Origin: Chthoniobacteraceae bacterium
GTDB taxonomy: Bacteria > Verrucomicrobiota > Verrucomicrobiia > Chthoniobacterales > Chthoniobacteraceae
Assembly: GCA_031409655.1 (NCBI GenBank)
Contig: JANNXQ010000103.1
Coordinates: 1-60,500 of the forward strand
Reading direction: 5' to 3'
DNA: 60,500 nucleotides
A program made the position numbers and the translations under genes. Shown here piece after piece: positions 51,168-60,500 of the stretch. The notes under the pieces are model-generated. The model saw nothing but the letters and a program-made list of their open reading frames with translations. It did not search any database and was not told where the DNA came from. Every line of letters starts with the position of its first letter. Position 1 is the first letter of the stretch.

Positions 51168-51872
51168 ATGCCTATTCGTCATCGCATCCTGCCTGCACTG
51201 CACAAATTCTGGCGCGATTGGATCAAGCCGATCGCCGTGGCCGCCGCCATCGTCGTCCCTTTCAAATCCGCCATCGCCGAATGGAACTGGGTGCCCACCG
51301 GCTCGATGAAACCGACGATCCTCGAAGGCGATCTCGTCTTCGTGAACAAGCTCGCCTACGACCTGAAAATCCCGCTCACCCTCACGCGTCTCGCCGCGTG
51401 GGATGATCCGAAAATGGGCGATGTGGTCGTCTTCTTTTCGCCGGCGGATGGCATGCGCCTCGTGAAGCGCGTGGTCGCGGGTCCGGGCGATTCCGTCGAG
51501 TTGCGCGGCAATGTGCTTTTCATCAACGACCGGCCGATGGACTACGAGATTGCGGAGAATCATCCGTTTTCCCCGGAAGTGTACGAGGACGCGAAACCCG
51601 TGCTGGCACACGAAACCGGCGCGACGGGACAGCACTGGGTGATGGCGCTGCCCTCGCGTTCGGCGCTGCGGAGTTTTCCGCGCCTCGTGGTGCCAGAGGG
51701 GAAATATTTCATGATGGGCGACTCTCGCGACAACAGTATGGACTCTCGCTTCTTCGGCGCCGTGGACCGCAAGCAGATCGTCGGTCGCGCGGAAGGCGTG
51801 CTGGCGTCCTTCGACAAAAACCACGCCTACGTTCCGCGGGTCCGGCGGACGTTCTCTGCGTTCGAAAAGTAG
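51168..51872 (+). CDS. lepB: Signal peptidase I
   Basis: VPTGSMKPT, LVKRVV, MMGDSRDNSMDSRFFG. Confidence 0.93.
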   Translation: MPIRHRILPALHKFWRDWIKPIAVAAAIVVPFKSAIAEWNWVPTGSMKPTILEGDLVFVNKLAYDLKIPLTLTRLAAWDDPKMGDVVVFFSPADGMRLVKRVVAGPGDSVELRGNVLFINDRPMDYEIAENHPFSPEVYEDAKPVLAHETGATGQHWVMALPSRSALRSFPRLVVPEGKYFMMGDSRDNSMDSRFFGAVDRKQIVGRAEGVLASFDKNHAYVPRVRRTFSAFEK

Positions 51873-52003
51873 CGGCCTCGCCGGCATCGCCGGGCCAGCA
51901 CAGACGGTTGAGCATTTCTTCCCACGGCAAGTAGCTGGCCCCCGGCGATCTGCGGACGTCGCTGAGTTTCGAAGCCAGTCCACGCTTGCGGTCCGCTCAT
52001 TCA

Positions 52004-52019
52004 TCGTGAAATATCACGA
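52004..52019. promoter_or_regulatory. Palindrome TCGTGA-N4-TCACGA, candidate operator for the cassette LexA
   Basis: Perfect 6-4-6 palindrome 3 nt before the lexA ATG. Confidence 0.6.
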
Positions 52020-52022
52020 CGT

Positions 52023-52664
52023 ATGAGCCGTTCACCTCTCACCGGACTTTCCGCCACCCACCAGCGCATCGCGCGGGCGGTGGCGCGCTTTGAAAAGAAA
52101 CACGAGCCGGCCTTCGTGCCCGATCTCGTGAAGGCGCTCGGGCTCGCCGCGGAGAGCAGCCTCGCGCCCACGCTGCGCATCATGGTCCGCAATGGTTTTC
52201 TCTTGCTCCAGGGCGGCGGGGCGCAGGGGCGCTCGCGCCTGGTGCGGCTCACGCCGAAGGGTCGGCTGGCGCTCGCGCTTGGTGGCATTCCGCTGCTCGG
52301 CTCCATCCCAGCCGGTCCGCTCAGCGAGGCGCTCGCGGACCCGGAGACGATCCTCGATGAACGTGAGCTGCTCCCTTACCGCGAGGGCGACTTTTTACTC
52401 CGCGTGAAGGGCGATTCGATGATCGGCGACGGCATCCTCGATGGCGACAAAGTGCTGCTGCGTCCGCAAGTCGATGCGCACGATGGCGAGATCGCCGCGG
52501 TGCTCGTGGGCGACCTGCACGAGGCCACGCTCAAGCGGCTCTTTCGCAAAGGCGACAAAGTCATCCTGCGCGCCAGTAATCCCAAGTATCCCGACCTCAC
52601 CGTGCCCGGCGCCACGGTGAAAGTGGCGGGCGTCTTCCGGGGGCTCATCCGCGATGGCCGCTAG
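52023..52664 (+). CDS. lexA: LexA-family repressor (S24) heading a mutagenesis cassette
   Basis: Winged-HTH N-terminus; cleavage site LGSIPA-GP; catalytic Ser in VKGDSM and Lys in ATLKR. Confidence 0.85.
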   Translation: MSRSPLTGLSATHQRIARAVARFEKKHEPAFVPDLVKALGLAAESSLAPTLRIMVRNGFLLLQGGGAQGRSRLVRLTPKGRLALALGGIPLLGSIPAGPLSEALADPETILDERELLPYREGDFLLRVKGDSMIGDGILDGDKVLLRPQVDAHDGEIAAVLVGDLHEATLKRLFRKGDKVILRASNPKYPDLTVPGATVKVAGVFRGLIRDGR

Positions 52665-53361
52665 CGAAGCTTTGGACTGCGCGGACTTGTCCGCGGTGGA
52701 GGGGAGCGTCCCCCTCGACCACGATGGACCGGTCCACCCCGCCACAAAGCGCGCACAAATTCGCGCACTCCAAAGTCTCCTCGCAGAAAAATTTCCCGCC
52801 GTGGCGCCGAAGCCTGGCGGCATCTTCCCATTGAAACCCGGCTGCGAGTTGCGCCGCGGTGTCGTCACGGAATTCTCCAGTTCCACCGGCAATGGCGCGC
52901 TCTTCCTCCACGCCCTGCTCGCCGCTGCGCGCGAATCGCACACCTTCGCCGCGCTCATCGATGCCGGGCGCACTTTCGATCCCACTTCCTACGCCGCCGC
53001 CGCCCTGGCGCGCCTGCTGTGGGTGCAATGCGAGAGCGCGGAGCAAGCCGTGAAAGCCGCGGACCTCCTCCTGCGCGACGGCAATCTCCCGCTCCTTGCG
53101 CTCGACTTTCAGGCCCTGCCGCCGCGTGCGCTCCAGCGCATCCCCGCGAGCACCTGGCACCGCTTTCATCGCCTCGCCGAGCAAAGCACCGCCGCCTTCG
53201 TCATCCTCACCACGCAGCCGATGATCGAAGGTGCGAAGGCGCGCCTCGCGGTGCGCAATCGCTGGAGCCTGCGCGACTTGCGGCAGCGTCGGCGGGAACT
53301 GCTGGCGCGACTCGACATGCAGACCTTCGCGCGGGATCGCGCACAGCTCCATGTCGCATGA
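52654..53361 (+). CDS. imuA: ImuA/RecA-like protein
   Basis: RRGVVTEF, ALIDAGRTFDP, RLLWV, ADLLLRDGNLPLLALD; lies between lexA and imuB. Confidence 0.8.
   Translation: MAASEALDCADLSAVEGSVPLDHDGPVHPATKRAQIRALQSLLAEKFPAVAPKPGGIFPLKPGCELRRGVVTEFSSSTGNGALFLHALLAAARESHTFAALIDAGRTFDPTSYAAAALARLLWVQCESAEQAVKAADLLLRDGNLPLLALDFQALPPRALQRIPASTWHRFHRLAEQSTAAFVILTTQPMIEGAKARLAVRNRWSLRDLRQRRRELLARLDMQTFARDRAQLHVA
52670..52775. repeat. REP-like palindrome in frame in the imuA 5' end
   Basis: CTTTGGACTGCGCG...CGCGCACTCCAAAG; same family as 53379-53517. Confidence 0.75.
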
Positions 53362-53378
53362 AATCTCTCGGCGCATTT

Positions 53379-53517
53379 CGCACGCAGCGCTTTGGAGTGC
53401 GGCGCGTCCCCGCGCCGCTTTTCTCACGCGATCCGATTCAACTCCACCGCTTGTTGTGCTTCGGGCGCGGCAAAAAACGGCGCGGGGACGCGCACGCACT
53501 CCAAAGCGCTGCGTGCG
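53379..53517. repeat. Intergenic REP-like long inverted repeat
   Basis: CGCACGCAGCGCTTTGGAGTGCGGCGCGTCCCCGCGCCG ... CGGCGCGGGGACGCGCACGCACTCCAAAGCGCTGCGTGCG. Confidence 0.88.
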
Positions 53518-53543
53518 CAATTTTCCGATGACTTCGCTGAGCC

Positions 53544-55077
53544 ATGTTCGCCGCGCTCTTCCTGCCCCACTTCCGTCTCCAGGCGGCGCTGCGTTTCCGC
53601 GAGGAACTGTGGGCGCAGCCGATCGCGCTCGTCGATGAACAGTCCGGCAAAGGGCTCATCCTCGACGCCACGCCGCCGGCTGTTGCGGCCGGAGTGAGCG
53701 CCGGCCTCACTTCGCCGCAGGCCATGGCCCGCTGTCCGGAGCTGCGCCTGCTGCCCCAGGCGGTGGCGCAGGAGAAAAATGCCGCCGCCGTGCTGCTCGA
53801 GGTGGCGGGCTCGCTCTCGCCGGATTTCGAAGCCACCGCGGCTGGCATCGTGACCGTCGATGTCAGCCGCGCGAAGATTTCCGATTGGCCGCGCTGGGCG
53901 GCGGCGGTCGTCGAGCGTCTCGCGGCGCTGCAACTCCGCGCGCAGCTCGGCCTCGCGGTGAATCCCGATCTCGCCCTGCTCGCCGCGCGCCGCGCCGGGC
54001 CGGTGCTCATCGTGCAAAATGCCGCCACCTTTCTCGCCGATATCGCCATCGCGGAAGTCGATCCCTCGCCCGAGCTCGTCTCCATCCTGCGCGACTGGGG
54101 CATCGGCCATCTCGGCCAGCTCGCGCAAGTGCCGAAGGATGCGCTCATCGATCGTCTCGGCCCTGCCGCGGGTGAGCTTTGGCAGCGCGCCATGGGCGGC
54201 AAATCAAGGCTGCTACGGCTCGTGCGGCCGGTGGAGGAATTCGTCGAGGCCTTCGACTTCGAGCACGAGATCGAGACCGTGGAGCCGCTGCTTTTCGTCC
54301 TGCGCCGCTTCCTCGAGCAACTCGTGCTGCGGCTCGCCGGAGCGTATCGCGTGGCCGCGCGGATGACGCTGGTAGTAGCGCAGGCTTCCAGCCTGTGGCA
54401 GTCGGACAGGCATTCCTGCCTGTCCACCCGGCAGGCTGGAAGCCCGTCGGACTCCGACAGGCAAGGATGCCTGCCCTACTACACGCGCACCTTCACTATC
54501 CCGGCGCCGACGCTCGATGTGGAGGTGCTCTTCCGCATCCTGCACACGCATCTCGATGGACTCACGCTGGACCAATGTCCGACCGGGGTGCAGCTCGCGA
54601 TCGAGCCAGTGTGTGCGGACCACCGGCAGCTCCGGCTCTTCGAAAGTCCGTTGCGCGATCCGAATCGTTTCGGCGAAACGCTCGCGCGGCTGAGTGCGCT
54701 CGTCGGTGCGGAGCGCGTGGGGGTGCCGGAGCCGGAGGATACGCATCGGCCGGATCGCTGCCGCATCGTCGAGCCGCGCTTCCACACGGCGGGCGAGGAG
54801 AAAGGTGGCGCGCTCGATCTGGCCGTGGGCCTGCCGCTGCGGCGCTACCGCCCGGCCTTTCCTGCCCAGGTGCAGCTCGTGCGACACACGCCGGCTTTCG
54901 TTTTCTCGGAGAAAATTCACGGGGAGATTGTCGAAGTCGCGGGGCCGTATCGGCTCTCGGGAGATTGGTGGGAAAGCGAACGCTGGAGTGCGGAGGAGTG
55001 GGACGTCGAGATGGCGGATGGCGCGCTCATCCGCCTCGCGAAACGCGGCGACAGTTGGTTTGTGGAAGGGAGCTACG

Positions 55078-55094
<17 letters not shown>
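53544..55094 (+). CDS. imuB: ImuB, inactive Y-family polymerase homolog
   Basis: AGVSAGLT..QAMARCP, WGIGHLGQL, QLRLF clamp-binding motif, GPYRLSGDWW. Confidence 0.88.
54372..54482. repeat. GTAG-type REP doublet in frame inside imuB
   Basis: GTAGTAGCGCAGGCTTCCAGCCTGT...ACAGGCAAGGATGCCTGCCCTACTAC, 111 nt. Confidence 0.88.
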
Positions 55095-58449
<3,355 letters not shown>

Positions 58450-58515
58450 ACTCCCGGGCCGCTGAAGTTCTGAAACCGTTGCGTGGCACTTATCCCGCTG
58501 TTACATACGCCGCCC

Positions 58516-59496
58516 ATGCGACTCCTAGTTACCGGCGGCTGCGGCTTTATCGGCAGCAATTTCATCCGACACGTCCTCGCTCACTACAGTCAGGCGATGA
58601 TCACCAACGTGGACGCCCTGACCTACGCCGGGAATCTGGCGAATCTCGAAGGCATCGCGGAAAAGTACGGTGATCAGTACGAGTTTTACCACGCGGACAT
58701 CGCCGACGCGGCGAAGATGAACGCACTCATGGAGAAGCATCAGTTCTTCGCGGTTGTGAATTTTGCCGCCGAATCGCATGTCGATCGCAGCATCAGCGGC
58801 CCGCAGGCTTTCATTCACGCGAATGTGCTCGGCACTGCCGTGATGCTCGACTGCGCCCGCCGCCACGGAGTGCGCCGTTTTCTCCAAGTCTCCACGGATG
58901 AAGTGTACGGCTCGCTCGGACCCGAGGGTCGCTTCACGGAGATGTCACCGATCGTCCCGAGTTCCCCGTATTCCGCGAGCAAGGCTTCCGCCGATCTGCT
59001 CGCGCTCGCGCATCATCACACCTATGGCCAGGAGGTCGTGATCACGCGCTGCTCGAATAACTACGGCCCCTACCAATATCCCGAGAAACTGATCCCGCTA
59101 ATGATCCTGAATGCGCTCAGCGACAAGCCGCTGCCGGTCTATGGCGACGGTCTGAATGTGCGTGATTGGATCCACGTGGAGGATCACTGTGCGGCCGTCT
59201 TCGCCGCGATGCTCCATGGCAAGCCGGGCGAGGTGTACAATGTGGGCAGCGACGGCGAGATGCGGAACATCGACGTGGTGAAGATGATCCTCGAGCACCT
59301 CGGCAAGCCCGAGAGCCTCATCAAATATGTGCCCGACCGGCTCGGCCATGATCGGCGCTATGCCATCGATTCGTCGAAGGCGCATACCGCGCTGAAGTGG
59401 AAGCCGCTGCATCAGCACAAGGAAGGCATCCGCGCGACGATCGACTGGTACGTGAAGAACCGCGCCTGGTGGGAGCCCCTGCTGAAGAAGGCGTGA
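58516..59496 (+). CDS. rfbB: dTDP-glucose 4,6-dehydratase
   Basis: LVTGGCGFIGSNF, AAESHVDRSI, STDEVYG, PYSASKA, CSNNYGPYQ. Confidence 0.96.
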   Translation: MRLLVTGGCGFIGSNFIRHVLAHYSQAMITNVDALTYAGNLANLEGIAEKYGDQYEFYHADIADAAKMNALMEKHQFFAVVNFAAESHVDRSISGPQAFIHANVLGTAVMLDCARRHGVRRFLQVSTDEVYGSLGPEGRFTEMSPIVPSSPYSASKASADLLALAHHHTYGQEVVITRCSNNYGPYQYPEKLIPLMILNALSDKPLPVYGDGLNVRDWIHVEDHCAAVFAAMLHGKPGEVYNVGSDGEMRNIDVVKMILEHLGKPESLIKYVPDRLGHDRRYAIDSSKAHTALKWKPLHQHKEGIRATIDWYVKNRAWWEPLLKKA

Positions 59497-60383
59497 GCGA
59501 TCAACCGCGGGTCCTGATCGTGGGAAGTGGTGGTCGTCTCGGGACGGCGCTGCTCCGTGAATGGCGGGCGGCTTCCGTCGAGGTGAGCGGCTTTGAGCGC
59601 CGCGACATGGATATCGCGAATGAAGCGCTGGTCCACGCCCGGCTCGATCCCGTTGGCTTTGACGTGCTCGTGAACTGCGCCGCGCAGACCAATGTCGATC
59701 GCTGTGAGACGCACCCCGACGAAGCCTTTCAAGCCAATGCCTGCGCCGTGCAAGTGCTCGGCGAGATCGCCGCAAAGAAAGGCGCACGCGTCATTCACAT
59801 CAGCACGGACTATGTCTTCGATGGCGCAAAGACGACGCCTTACACCGAAGAAGATCCCGCGGAGCCGATCAGCGTCTATGGTCACTCGAAACGGGAAGGC
59901 GAGAAGCGGCTGCTCGCCATCTCGGAGAAGAATCTGGTGGTGCGCGTCTCGTGGGTTTTCGGTCCGGACCGCCCGAGCTTCATCGACGGCATCCTCAAGC
60001 GCGCGCTGACTGAGGAGCACGTGGATGCCATCGGCGACAAGATCGCCGTCCCGACCTACACCCTCGACGCCGCGAACCTGCTGCGACCATTCCTCACGAA
60101 CGAGGTCGGCGGTCTCTTGCACCTCTGCAACGACGGCCAATGCACTTGGCAGGAATACGGCCAGCACGCCATCGACTGCGCCGTCGCCGCTGGGGTGCCG
60201 CTGAAAGGACGCAAAGTTGCGCCGCTGAAGATGGCCGATCTCACGGCCTTCATTGCCAAGCGCCCGATCTACACCGCGATGGGGGCCGATAAGCTCGCGC
60301 AGATCACCGGGGCAAAGCCAAGGTCATGGCAGGACGCGGTGGAGGAGTACGTCCGGACCCACTGGGCGCCCTCGGTGCAGTAG
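59493..60383 (+). CDS. rfbD: dTDP-4-dehydrorhamnose reductase
   Basis: GSGGRLG, NCAAQTNVDRCE, HISTDYVFDG, YGHSKREGE. Confidence 0.94.
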   Translation: MSDQPRVLIVGSGGRLGTALLREWRAASVEVSGFERRDMDIANEALVHARLDPVGFDVLVNCAAQTNVDRCETHPDEAFQANACAVQVLGEIAAKKGARVIHISTDYVFDGAKTTPYTEEDPAEPISVYGHSKREGEKRLLAISEKNLVVRVSWVFGPDRPSFIDGILKRALTEEHVDAIGDKIAVPTYTLDAANLLRPFLTNEVGGLLHLCNDGQCTWQEYGQHAIDCAVAAGVPLKGRKVAPLKMADLTAFIAKRPIYTAMGADKLAQITGAKPRSWQDAVEEYVRTHWAPSVQ

Positions 60384-60385
60384 TT

Positions 60386-60425
60386 TCCGGGGAGCATACG
60401 CGTCTCGCGGGTGGGTCGCGGCGGC
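60386..60425. repeat. Second copy of the REP/MITE arm seen at 49891
   Basis: TCCGGGGAGCATACGCGTCTCGCG identical to 49891-49914. Confidence 0.8.
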
Positions 60426-60500
60426 CCCCCCCCGCCACCATTACCGGGCCCCGGGGTGGCCCACGCACAAACAACGTCGCGTTCCGAAAAAAAATATTTT

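Noticed and set aside
54694..55077. N-terminal extension of DnaE2 in the ORF track
   Set aside because: Overlaps imuB; homology begins at ATG 55078 (MEPYFELHARS).
60426..60500. Low-complexity tail with C and A runs
   Set aside because: Looks like degraded sequence quality at a contig end within a REP hairpin; no feature can be supported.

Overview
High-GC bacterial chromosomal segment, most consistent with Verrucomicrobia (Chthoniobacter-like): it has a Verru_Chthon pilin-like cassette, a PEP-CTERM protein and many palindromic and heptamer repeats. Left to right: an ECF sigma factor with a coupled membrane anti-sigma/vWA gene (running off the window and absent from the ORF track); epimerase, pirin, DUF1080 and PhoD; a PEP-CTERM protein and a 2.6-kaa beta-helix surface protein beside a decayed integrase at tRNA-Asn; a deleted copA; an M29 aminopeptidase; vccB-vccC-vccA; GT2; thiH-thiS; RND/MFP/TolC; glnS; PLP enzyme; PL6; BlaI plus a BlaR1/M56; lepB; lexA-imuA-imuB-dnaE2; rfbB-rfbD. 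Most striking: the extracytoplasmic linker of the anti-sigma/vWA protein is a string of short peptides matching conserved motifs of other envelope proteins. Two match the VccA in this window (14/20 and 8/12 identity); others match secretin signatures and both halves of an autotransporter-associated repeat. Separately, the BlaR1 sensor region is built from a secretin core lacking its membrane-anchoring segment, an OstA-like piece and two secretin N-domain copies. I infer possible bait or decoy sensors monitoring pilus/secretin envelope machinery. Family assignments are by motif recognition only; no searches were run.
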